A DNA stretch of 64,000 bases from Methanothermococcus sp. Ax23 (lineage in GTDB: Archaea > AGJL01 > Methanococci > Methanococcales > Methanococcaceae), in assembly GCF_049075655.1 (NCBI RefSeq), contig NZ_CP157522.1, forward strand, positions 864,001-928,000, in the 5' to 3' direction. Below are positions 1 through 9,375 of this stretch, one piece after another; position 1 is the first letter of the stretch; each line of letters begins with the position of its first letter. A program made the position numbers and the translations under genes. The notes below the pieces were generated by a model. The model searched no databases, was not told where the DNA came from, and saw nothing but the letters and a program-made list of their open reading frames with translations.

Positions 1-284
1 AGGGCTCCTCCTTTTTCCCTATATAATATTCTGTTTCTCTCTAAAATTGTCCTTACCTTTGCAATTATTGGCAGGGGCAATTTTGTATATTGGGCTATTT
101 TTTTTGTTGAAATTGGCTGATTTCTATATATGCACCTTAATATATCTTCAACTGCTTTTTCTCCTTCTGCTATTTTTGCATCTTCCGCTATTTTTATTAA
201 AAGAGATTTAAAATTAATCTTATCCGATAATTTTGATTCACTTATTTCTTTTGAGCCTTTTCCCATTTTTCCAATTACTTTCAT
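1..284 (-). CDS. bpsA: N-terminal part (runs off window) of probable branched-chain polyamine synthase, N4-bis(aminopropyl)spermidine synthase, MJ0675-like
   Basis: Manual translation from ATG at 284: MKVIGKMGKG...IAEGEKAVEDILRCIYRNQPISTKKIAQYTKLPLPIIAKVRTILE; resembles recalled N-terminus of M. jannaschii MJ0675. Not in the ORF track because it is truncated. Confidence 0.7.
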   Translation of the reverse strand, partial: MKVIGKMGKGSKEISESKLSDKINFKSLLIKIAEDAKIAEGEKAVEDILRCIYRNQPISTKKIAQYTKLPLPIIAKVRTILERNRILYREKGGA

Positions 285-490
285 AATACTACCTAATTAT
301 TTTATTTTTTATTATTTTTATTGTATATTCATTTTATGTTTTTACTGACTCATATATTATTGTATATTTTTGTTATAATATATATCTACATATACTTATA
401 TTATATGTTCAAGTATTTTATTTGATTAAATTAATGATTTATTAAATGATTTATTAATGCTGAATTATTACACTGTATTGGTGATATATT

Positions 491-1438
491 ATGATATTGG
501 ATGTAAATATTGTTATGAGCTCAGCTAAAATAGCCTTACTATATACGATGAAAATATCCATTATTGTGTTAATTTCAATGTTTGTAATGAATTATATAAT
601 AAACACCGGCATAATGAAAAAATTTTCGGAGCTCATGGAACCTATTACAAGACATTTAAATATGAATCCCCTTTCAATATCTTCAATTTTAGTATGTTTT
701 TTTAGCCCCACAGTTGGATATTCTATATTGGCAGAGGGATTAAAGGATAAAAAATTGAATGAAAGGGAAATAATCGGAACTTCTCTTGCAAATTCATTCC
801 CATCTGTCCTGTCTCACACAATTACATTTTTTATACCTGTTGTTATTCCAATACTGGGGTTAACTGGATTATTATTTGTTTTAATTAGATTAGGCGTAGC
901 ATTTGCAAAGAGTATAATTGGGACTATATATTTGAGCATTATTTCAAAAAAAGCAGATTTTGAAGTGCCAGAAATTAATAAAATGGATAAAAAAGAAAAT
1001 TTGGAAAAATCATTAAAAAGCACTTTAAGGTTTTCAAGAAGATTGATTCCAGTTATGCTTATTACTATGTTTTTGGTCATCTATTTGTCTAAAATTGGGG
1101 CTTTTGATTATCTAAATAATTTAGTCAGTCCAATAACAAATATTCTTGGTTTAAATCCAAATGTTGGATTAGTCTCATTAACTGAAATAATGAATGTTCA
1201 GGCAGCTATTGTAATGGCTGGGGGATTTCTAAACGAAAATATTTTAAGTTCAAAGGAGGTTTTGATAGGGCTTATTATTGGAAATGTATTGTCATTTTCA
1301 ACAAGGTATGTTAAGCACTCCTTACCATTACATGTTTCCCTATTTGGAACAAAGCTTGGAACGAAAATTGTAATGATTAATGCTGCAATTACTCTATTAC
1401 TGGATATTATGATAATTGGGGGATTGTTAATACTATAA
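491..1438 (+). CDS. Integral membrane protein, nucleoside-recognition (Gate) domain family
   Basis: 315 aa, many hydrophobic segments, two-repeat Gate-like layout (FFSPTVGY..L, LIIGNVLS). Confidence 0.6.
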   Translation: MILDVNIVMSSAKIALLYTMKISIIVLISMFVMNYIINTGIMKKFSELMEPITRHLNMNPLSISSILVCFFSPTVGYSILAEGLKDKKLNEREIIGTSLANSFPSVLSHTITFFIPVVIPILGLTGLLFVLIRLGVAFAKSIIGTIYLSIISKKADFEVPEINKMDKKENLEKSLKSTLRFSRRLIPVMLITMFLVIYLSKIGAFDYLNNLVSPITNILGLNPNVGLVSLTEIMNVQAAIVMAGGFLNENILSSKEVLIGLIIGNVLSFSTRYVKHSLPLHVSLFGTKLGTKIVMINAAITLLLDIMIIGGLLIL

Positions 1439-1691
1439 TTATGATATAAGTTTATTTTATGGAATATTCTATGTGATAGCATGAAATATTAATATTAAAA
1501 ATAACAAATCGATGCAATCTAAATTGCATTTATTGTTATGCAAATCCATGTCCAACATTGGAGGGATATTTTTATATGGGGAATATAAATAATTCTAATG
1601 GTAAAGAAAAATTAATCTTATTTAAAATTAAATGTGATTATTGTTTTGCAAAAAAGTTTTTTAGGGATAGATACGATATTTTGGTGGAATA

Positions 1692-2453
1692 ATGAAAATT
1701 GGCGTATCCAGTAGTATCTTTTTAGATTCAGATAAAAATTTGCGATATTCGTTGGAATTTTTAGAAAAAAAGGTTAGATATGTTGAGTTAGTTTGTGATG
1801 GTAATATAAATACCATGGGGAAAGAAAATATTGACATTCCCCAGTCCTATGATTTAAATTACACACTGCACTGTCCCTTAACTGATTTAAATCTATCTTC
1901 TTTTAGGGAAAAAATAAGAAATGCCAGTTTAGATTTTGTTAAGGATATTTTGAAAACTGCTGATAGAACTAATGCAAATTTGGCTGTTCTGCATCCTGGT
2001 TATTGTATTTTTAAATATGATTATAAAAAAGCATCAAATGCACTGATAAAATCTTTAAAAGATTTAAATGATATTCAAAATGAATATTCTATAAAAATAA
2101 CCATTGAAAACATGCCGTCGTATAACATGTTTATGTTTAGAGAACCAATAGATGAAATTATGGATAATTTAGGAGATTTGGACATTACTTTTGATATCGG
2201 ACATTCTTTTTTAAATAAAAATATTGATAAGTTTTTAGATGATGAATTAATTGAAAGAATATCGCACATCCATATTCATGATAATAATGGAGAGCTCGAT
2301 GAGCATCTATGTATTGGAAAGGGCAAAATTGATTTTAAGAAGTATGGAGGTAAAATCAAAAAAATAAAGTGCATAAAAATGATTGAAATGCAGAACAAAA
2401 GCCTTGGTGATTTGGATTTGTGCATTGAACGATTAAAAAATTTATTAATTTAA
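1692..2453 (+). CDS. Sugar phosphate isomerase/epimerase (AP endonuclease 2 TIM-barrel family)
   Basis: Motifs LHCP, VLHPG, IENMP, FDIGH, HIHIHDN, DEHL. Confidence 0.8.
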   Translation: MKIGVSSSIFLDSDKNLRYSLEFLEKKVRYVELVCDGNINTMGKENIDIPQSYDLNYTLHCPLTDLNLSSFREKIRNASLDFVKDILKTADRTNANLAVLHPGYCIFKYDYKKASNALIKSLKDLNDIQNEYSIKITIENMPSYNMFMFREPIDEIMDNLGDLDITFDIGHSFLNKNIDKFLDDELIERISHIHIHDNNGELDEHLCIGKGKIDFKKYGGKIKKIKCIKMIEMQNKSLGDLDLCIERLKNLLI

Positions 2454-2817
2454 TATTTATTCCTTCAAATATATTATATCCCATTATTCGAATTTAAATT
2501 AAATTATATATTGAATTAGATAAAGTAAAAAATAATAAATAATGGGGGGCGTATATTTCACCAATATATTATTGAATAATTATTATCGTATGATTAATTA
2601 TAGTTATTGTATGAATATGTATGATTGTATGGTTATCAATTAAATAATTTAACTAAATAATTTATTAGTTATATCCATTATATTTTAATATACAATTACG
2701 TACAATTGCTTCACGAAATTCGCACCTTTTGTAAAAAAATTGGGCGAAAAATGAACCGCAATCGTTATATGTATATGACTGTTTTTATGTTGTTGATAAC
2801 ATATTTCTGGTGATTAA

Positions 2818-5124
2818 ATGATAAGTAGTAAAAAATATAGCAATTTTAAAATAGAAGTCATTAAAAAAGACGGGGCAAGGGAAAATTTCAATGTCAATAA
2901 ACTGGTTAAATCTCTTTTAAATTCTGAGGTGGATTACGAGCATATAGATTCAATTATTAGTGTTGTTTGTGGCAAGATTTATGATAAAATTTCCACAGAT
3001 GAAATAAAGCGTATTGTATGTGAGGTTCTTAAAGAAATAGATAATCAAAAAGGAACGAAATATGCAAAAAACTATCAGTTTAAAAATGTCTTAAAGGTCA
3101 GAACTTCAAAAAATGAATTTCAGCCATTTGATAAAAACAGTATAATAGCCACACTTGTGGATGAAACAGGTTTAGATAAAAAAACTGCTGAAAAAATCAG
3201 TAATGAGATTGAAAAGGAAATAAAAAAATTAAATTTAAAATATCTTACCGCACCAATGATAAGGGAGCTCGTAAATGCAAAACTAATTGAACATGGGTTG
3301 GAGGAGTTCAGACAAAAACACACAAGATTAGGAATCCCTATATATGACATTAAAAAACTCATAAATCAAGGAAGTAGAGAGAATGCAAATTTAATGCACA
3401 ACCCAGAATCAATTCATAAGTGGGTGGCAGACGAAACAATGAAGCAGTATGCCCTATTGGAGGTATTTCCAAAACATATAGCCGATGCACACATGAAGGG
3501 AGACATACATTTGCATGATTTAGAATACGCTGCAATAAGGCCAGTTTGCTGTCAGCATGATTTAAGGAATTTCTTTATGCATGGTTTAAAGGTTGATGGG
3601 ACAGGAAGGCACACAAGTGTTTCAAAGCCTGCAAAACATGCTGAGGTAGCAATACAGCATGCTGCTAAGGTTTTAAGTGCGGCACAATGTGAAATGAGTG
3701 GAGGACAATCCATAGATGAATTTAACATATGGCTTGCTCCATATATGAAAGGATTACCTTATGATAGGATAAAACAGCTTATGCAGATGTTTATTTACGA
3801 AATGAACCAAATGTATGTGGCCAGAGGAGGTCAGACAGTTTTCAGTAGCATAAATTTGGAATTGGAGGTTCCAGAGTTCTTAAAAGATAAACCAGCAGTG
3901 ATTGCAGGAACAACAAGGGGAACTTATGGGGAATATGAAGAAGAGGCTAAGATGATATTGGAGGCATTGGTTGATGTAATGATGGAAGGTGATGCAGTTG
4001 GAAAGCCATTCTTATTCCCAAACTTCATCGTAAAATTAAGGGAGAAAGCGTTTAGCGATGAAAATAAAGAACTGATGATAAAACTCCACAAATTGAGCAG
4101 TAAATGGGGATTGCCATACTTTATAAATATGCTTCCAGACTGGCAGGCAAACAACACAAATGCCATGGGATGTAGAACCAGATTAAGCGGAGATTGGACC
4201 GGAGATACTGAAAACGATACCCTTAGAACTGGAAATATGCAGTGGTATACCCTTAACCTTCCAAGAATTGCCTATGAAGCAGGCGGGGATGACGACAAAT
4301 TGTTTGAGATAATCGATGAAAAATTGGCAATACTTGTTGAAGCTCTAAATATAAAGCACAATACCACCATGAAAATACTTAATGATAGAATAATGCCTTT
4401 CATGACTCAGAAATTTGGCGATGAACAATATTATAGATACGACAGCACCACAAAGACCTTTGGATTTGTCGGATTAAATGAAATGTTAAAATTCCATTTG
4501 GGAGAGGAATTACACACGTCAAAAGATGCGGTGGTATTTGGGGAGAAGGTTATCCAGCATATTAGAAGTTATGCGGATAACTTGAAAAAAGAAACAGGTT
4601 TAAGATGGACAGTAACTCAAACACCAGCTGAGAGCACAGCAGGAAGATTTGCAAGACTGGATTACAAATACTACAAAGATGAAACAAAATCTGTGGTAAA
4701 TGGTGATTTGACAGATGAGCTCACTCTATATTATACAAATTCATCACATGTTAAAGTTAATTCACCAACTACACTTGGTGAAAAAATAAGAATTGAGGAA
4801 AAATTCCACCCGTTGTGTAATGGTGGGCATATAGGACATTTCTGGAATGCTGAGGCTTATGCAGACCCTGAGGTTCTGATGGATATAACAAAGAAAATAG
4901 CAGAAAAATCCAACATTGGATTCTGGACTTACACGAAAAATCTTAGCATCTGTGAAAACTGTGGTAAGGGCATGGCAGGATTAAGGAACAACTGTAATCA
5001 GTGTGGGAGCTCCGATGTTCAAAAGTTCAGCAGAATCACAGGATATTTACAAAATGTTTCAAACTGGAATAGTGCAAAACAGCAGGAATTGATGGATAGG
5101 AAAAGTAATATTCCTAGAATTTAG
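2818..5124 (+). CDS. nrdD: Anaerobic (class III) ribonucleoside-triphosphate reductase with two N-terminal ATP-cone domains, no intein
   Basis: VIKKDG and VRTSK ATP cones, GDIHLHDL, AMGCR, TPAESTAGRF, C-terminal CxxC..CxxC and RITGYL glycyl-radical motif. Confidence 0.95.
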   Translation: MISSKKYSNFKIEVIKKDGARENFNVNKLVKSLLNSEVDYEHIDSIISVVCGKIYDKISTDEIKRIVCEVLKEIDNQKGTKYAKNYQFKNVLKVRTSKNEFQPFDKNSIIATLVDETGLDKKTAEKISNEIEKEIKKLNLKYLTAPMIRELVNAKLIEHGLEEFRQKHTRLGIPIYDIKKLINQGSRENANLMHNPESIHKWVADETMKQYALLEVFPKHIADAHMKGDIHLHDLEYAAIRPVCCQHDLRNFFMHGLKVDGTGRHTSVSKPAKHAEVAIQHAAKVLSAAQCEMSGGQSIDEFNIWLAPYMKGLPYDRIKQLMQMFIYEMNQMYVARGGQTVFSSINLELEVPEFLKDKPAVIAGTTRGTYGEYEEEAKMILEALVDVMMEGDAVGKPFLFPNFIVKLREKAFSDENKELMIKLHKLSSKWGLPYFINMLPDWQANNTNAMGCRTRLSGDWTGDTENDTLRTGNMQWYTLNLPRIAYEAGGDDDKLFEIIDEKLAILVEALNIKHNTTMKILNDRIMPFMTQKFGDEQYYRYDSTTKTFGFVGLNEMLKFHLGEELHTSKDAVVFGEKVIQHIRSYADNLKKETGLRWTVTQTPAESTAGRFARLDYKYYKDETKSVVNGDLTDELTLYYTNSSHVKVNSPTTLGEKIRIEEKFHPLCNGGHIGHFWNAEAYADPEVLMDITKKIAEKSNIGFWTYTKNLSICENCGKGMAGLRNNCNQCGSSDVQKFSRITGYLQNVSNWNSAKQQELMDRKSNIPRI

Positions 5125-5921
5125 GTTCCAAAACGAACGAAGTGAGTTTTGGACTTTTGATGCAACTTTTTTTTAAAAGTTGCGTGGGAAACAGCAGGAA
5201 TTGATGGATAGGAAAAGTAATATTCCTAGAATTTAGGTTCCAAAACGAACGAAGTGAGTTTTGGACTTTTGATGCAACTTTTTTTTAAAAGTTGCGTGGG
5301 AAACAGCAGGAATTGATGGATAGGAAAAGTAATATTCCTAGAATTTAGGTTCCAAAACGAACGAAGTGAGTTTTGGACTTTTGATGCAACTTTTTTTTAA
5401 AAGTTGCGTGGGAAACAGCAGGAATTGATGGATAGGAAAAGTAATATTCCTAGAATTTAGGTTCCAAAACGAACGAAGTGAGTTTTGGACTTTTGATGCA
5501 ACTTTTTTTTAAAAGTTGCGTGGGAAACAGCAGGAATTGATGGATAGGAAAAGTAATATTCCTAGAATTTAGGTTCCAAAACGAACGAAGTGAGTTTTGG
5601 ACTTTTGATGCAACTTTTTTTTAAAAGTTGCGTGGGAAACAGCAGGAATTGATGGATAGGAAAAGTAATATTCCTAGAATTTAGGTTCCAAAACGAACGA
5701 AGTGAGTTTTGGACTTTTGATGCAACTTTTTTTTAAAAGTTGCGTGGGAAACAGCAGGAATTGATGGATAGGAAAAGTAATATTCCTAGAATTTAGGTTC
5801 CAAAACGAACGAAGTGAGTTTTGGACTTTTGATGCAACTTTTTTTTAAAAGTTGCGTGGGAAACAGCAGGAATTGATGGATAGGAAAAGTAATATTCCTA
5901 GAATTTAGGTTCCAAAACGAA
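5077..5921 (+). repeat. Perfect tandem array of a 112-bp unit (7 full copies + 61-bp partial); unit = last 48 bp of nrdD + 64-bp double hairpin
   Basis: AGCAGGAATT recurs at 5081, 5193, 5305, 5417, 5529, 5641, 5753, 5865 (period 112); copies look identical including the T8 tract. Confidence 0.97.
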
Positions 5922-5960
5922 TGAATCGGGACTTAATTTTTTATAATTTTTTTATTTTAC

Positions 5961-6329
5961 GATAAACCGCCGAGAAAGCCAACGATTTTAATCGTTATAC
6001 AAAACATAGTTTTGTAAAATCTCTTATGAGATTGGATTAGAGGCGGACATTATAATTAGTCAGTAGTAAAACATAAATATTTGAAGTTTCATAGTGAATA
6101 ATGCTACCAGTCCAAGTATCTATGGGTAGGGTTAGTAAAAACTCTACCGCTGGTAGTGGTTGGAAGTGCATAGCGTAGCCCTGAACCCATTAATGGGTAG
6201 GGGTAGTGGGCTTGGCCACCCTTGTAGGGTTAAACCCTGCTAAAATTAGACGAAATCACTTCATGATTTCGTTGCTCGCTTACTACCGTAAGCGAGAACC
6301 CCACGACTTCAGTCGTGGGAGTAGGTCAG
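5961..6329 (+). mobile_element. Non-autonomous IS200/IS605 derivative (MITE/PATE-like) of the element at 29023-30541
   Basis: Begins GATAAACCGCCGAGAA after TTTAC; ends CCCACGACTTCAGTCGTGGGAGTAGGTCAG; both ends match 29023-30541 and 46031-46354. Confidence 0.9.
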
Positions 6330-6361
6330 AGATCAAGTTTTTTAACATGTATATTATTGAA

Positions 6362-8005
6362 TTATTTTTGTTGTCTATCTCTCAGTATATCTTCAATAAG
6401 AGATTTTATCATAATTTCATGGGATAATTTATACACTTCCGCTTCATTTTTATTATATATTTCAACAATATTCAATAATTCATTGGATAATGGAGTTTCC
6501 ATGCAGGAGTCCTTAGGTAGAATATATACTTTTTTACCATCTTCTAGTTCAACTTCAACGCACTCTGATTTCAAAGCTACAATTACAGGGGGTCCGTCAT
6601 ATCCTTCTATTTTTATTTCAGGTCTTTTAATACCATCTACATTACTATTTTGGATAAATTCTTTCTTTTTTTCATCAATTAGACTTAATATATCAAGTAT
6701 GTTCATGTTTTTATTGTGGTTGGATGGATTTAATTTTTTGATTTCAGCATATAATCCATCTAATAGTTCGGATGGATAATATTCTATAACTTCTTTTAGA
6801 AAACGCATATTATTTGCATCATTTAGGTTGCGCACCGCATTTAAAATCACATTTAATACTTTTTTATCGATATATCGACCTTTTATTAATGCCAATGTAG
6901 CTTCATGACATAGCTCGGAATTGTTTAATTTTTCTTTAACTAAATCTAAACACTTTGTAAGATATTTTTGATTATATAGTCCCAAGTTTCCAATAATTCT
7001 CATGGCATTTTTAACAACCCAATTATCATTATCATTTAGTAGATGGCAGATTTTGTCTGAAATGAGTATTGCAGACGGATTAACCATTGATAAATTATGA
7101 AGTAAATACATTGCTGATTTTTTGACATCATCATTGTTTAGGAGCTCATCCAGTTTTAAACCTTCAAACTTTTTAGGCTCTAAATAACATAATCTTCCCA
7201 ATGACAGTAAAGAATATGACTTTAACATATCGTCATTTGAATTTAGATTATTTATTAAAGGACCTATTGAGTCTTTAAAGTATTCTGTATTTTTTTTGCT
7301 TAGTTTCCATATTGCATATGCACAATATTTTCGGAGCTCTAAACTTCCATTTAGATTTTTTATAATGTTGTATGCAATTTCTTTATTGAGGTTTATGTCT
7401 TCAATGTTCCCCAATATTTTAAGAACGTTGATTTTTATAACGTCGCTATCATCATCAAGAAATTTTAATATCTCATTTAAATAGTTTTTTACGATATTTG
7501 GCTGCACTTCACTTATGTTTTTAATAATTTCGACTAGTAGATATTTGTTTGTTATTTTTTTTATGGTATAATCTATTAATTTTGATTTATTTTTACACTG
7601 CGGGTTTAAAGTAATTTTTGTAATTGAATATGCTGCTGAGCACACCACCCCAGGATTAGGATCTTCCAATTTGCACAGAATATTTTTGATATAATTTTTC
7701 ACCATGTCGAATTTTATAAATCCGATATTTCCAATAATATCCAAGGTATTTTTCCTAATTCTCCAATCTTTATCATCTAATAATACAATTATATCTGGCA
7801 TGATTTCTTTGAGAATTTGTGGATTTGATATTGAAATTAATGATAGAGAGTTGAGTAATGATAATTTTACTTTGAAATCTCCACCAATGACTGCTGCTTT
7901 AAATTTTGATATTGAATGGTGCATAGTTAGATCCGTAAGAAAATTAGAATTTTGGCTGATCGGATGTTCAAATCGTTCCTGGTCGTTAAGTAATTTTTTC
8001 ATCAT
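6362..8005 (-). CDS. HEAT-repeat protein, divergent from archaellum operon
   Basis: Repeated LLDDKDWRIRKNTLDIIGNI / LEDPNPGVVCSAAYSI / LLNDNDNWVVKNAMRIIGNL HEAT units. Confidence 0.85.
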   Translation of the reverse strand: MMKKLLNDQERFEHPISQNSNFLTDLTMHHSISKFKAAVIGGDFKVKLSLLNSLSLISISNPQILKEIMPDIIVLLDDKDWRIRKNTLDIIGNIGFIKFDMVKNYIKNILCKLEDPNPGVVCSAAYSITKITLNPQCKNKSKLIDYTIKKITNKYLLVEIIKNISEVQPNIVKNYLNEILKFLDDDSDVIKINVLKILGNIEDINLNKEIAYNIIKNLNGSLELRKYCAYAIWKLSKKNTEYFKDSIGPLINNLNSNDDMLKSYSLLSLGRLCYLEPKKFEGLKLDELLNNDDVKKSAMYLLHNLSMVNPSAILISDKICHLLNDNDNWVVKNAMRIIGNLGLYNQKYLTKCLDLVKEKLNNSELCHEATLALIKGRYIDKKVLNVILNAVRNLNDANNMRFLKEVIEYYPSELLDGLYAEIKKLNPSNHNKNMNILDILSLIDEKKKEFIQNSNVDGIKRPEIKIEGYDGPPVIVALKSECVEVELEDGKKVYILPKDSCMETPLSNELLNIVEIYNKNEAEVYKLSHEIMIKSLIEDILRDRQQK

Positions 8006-8096
8006 AATGCCGCCCACTTAACTTTTTAAATTATAATTTTTAAAACTTTATCCCTTTAAAAAATAATGCACTCAATAATATATTAATATTAAAGGG

Positions 8097-8157
8097 TATG
8101 TCAATTTACAGGTTTTTATGTAGGTATGTCTTAATTTAAAAAACTTTATTTTACCTA
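8097..8157. promoter_or_regulatory. Candidate EarA boxes (TACATA consensus) upstream of flaB1
   Basis: TATGTA 8117-8122 is a perfect reverse-complement match; 1-mismatch TATGTC at 8097 and 8125, TACCTA at 8152. EarA/TACATA regulation is known from the M. maripaludis fla promoter. Confidence 0.5.
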
Positions 8158-8351
8158 CACAAAGAGCTGCAAAACCGCATGCAGTAAAGGATACAAAAAA
8201 AGCTTTTATTTAATGAAATAAACATAATATAGTGAAATAATTAAAATGAGGTGAGAGCAAAATATCCATACTATCGATATGGAATATCGAAATCAGAATT
8301 GATTGCCAAGAGCCTGCGACAATGAAATGACAAATACAGGAGGGAGATATT

Positions 8352-9344
8352 ATGAAAATAAAAGTACTTGAATTTTTAAAGAACAAAAAAGGTGCCATGG
8401 GAATTGGAACTTTAATAATATTCATTGCTATGGTATTAGTTGCAGCAGTTGCAGCAAGCGTATTGATTAATACAAGTGGATTCTTACAACAAAAAGCATC
8501 ATCCACAGGTAAAGAAAGTACAGAACAAGTTGCTAGTGGATTGTTGTGCAGTGGAGTAAGCGGACATATTTTTAAATACGACAATAAATACTACGATTTA
8601 GATAAAATGGTAATGTATATATCACCAAACGCTGGAAGTGCTCCAATTGACTTAAAACAGGCTAAATTATTCTTAACATACGATGGTCAAAGCGTAGTAT
8701 TGAAGTATGGAGGTAAAATATCTGCTACGGATGGAAGCCAGGATGTATTCAATTTAAAACATGATATTGTATTTAACACATCAGACTACAGTGGAATAAC
8801 TGCTACATTAATAGACAACGGTGTAGATAGTAAATATATTGTATTAGAGGCTAGTGATAATAAATCAATAGCATTATTGAAAAGTTTGTGGAATGGTGAA
8901 GCTATAACTAAGTTAGAGTATAATGATGGTTCTTCCACAACAACAGCGACTGCTCCTTCTGTTAATTCAACAGGTGTTTATGACGCAGATGCTGGAACCT
9001 ATACTGTAACTATAACAACAGGTACTGCATCAACAGGTACTGCATCATCAACACCATTAACCTGGGTATATATTAGTGACGATGATGCTATCTGGGGAGG
9101 AGCAAACGACAAACAGTTCTTAGTAGCTCCATTACAAGACAACGACGGTTCAGTAACAAGTGCTGGAGTTATCAACAAAGGAGATATAGTAGCTATATTG
9201 GTAAATTCACAGGCAGCATTTAATGCAGAAATTCCTGAAAGACAAGCTATATCAGGTAAGTTGCAGCCAGAGTTCGGAGCTCCTGCGGTTGTTGATTTCA
9301 CAACACCAGTTGCATACACCAAAGAAGTTATGGAATTACAATAA
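8352..9344 (+). CDS. flaB1: Archaellin (long form)
   Basis: Class III signal peptide KKG|[29 protein letters not shown]; C-terminal PEFGAP..ELQ. Confidence 0.95.
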   Translation: MKIKVLEFLKNKKGAMGIGTLIIFIAMVLVAAVAASVLINTSGFLQQKASSTGKESTEQVASGLLCSGVSGHIFKYDNKYYDLDKMVMYISPNAGSAPIDLKQAKLFLTYDGQSVVLKYGGKISATDGSQDVFNLKHDIVFNTSDYSGITATLIDNGVDSKYIVLEASDNKSIALLKSLWNGEAITKLEYNDGSSTTTATAPSVNSTGVYDADAGTYTVTITTGTASTGTASSTPLTWVYISDDDAIWGGANDKQFLVAPLQDNDGSVTSAGVINKGDIVAILVNSQAAFNAEIPERQAISGKLQPEFGAPAVVDFTTPVAYTKEVMELQ

Positions 9345-9375
9345 TTACCTAAATACCTTTTAGGAGGGAGATATT

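Noticed and set aside
130-348. Plus-strand 72-aa ORF and the many other antisense or overlapping ORFs in the track (e.g. 814-1080, 11682-12170, 18180-18719, 30424-30960)
   Set aside because: Shadow frames opposite well-supported genes; no motifs or RBS.
2619-2636. GTATGATTGTATGGYTAT shared by 2619 and 14577 and partly similar to the right flank (putative guide) of IS 29023
   Set aside because: Low-complexity 8-mer periodic sequence; match to the guide is only about 10 nt and has no adjacent TTTAC.
5077-5921. CRISPR array
   Set aside because: Intervening segments are identical rather than unique spacers, the period is 112 bp, the unit includes nrdD coding sequence, and no cas genes or leader are nearby.
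6206-6427. Short ORFs starting MGLAT (6206-6427, 45921-46103) and 46333-46593
   Set aside because: Chance frames across MITE right/left ends and hairpin elements.
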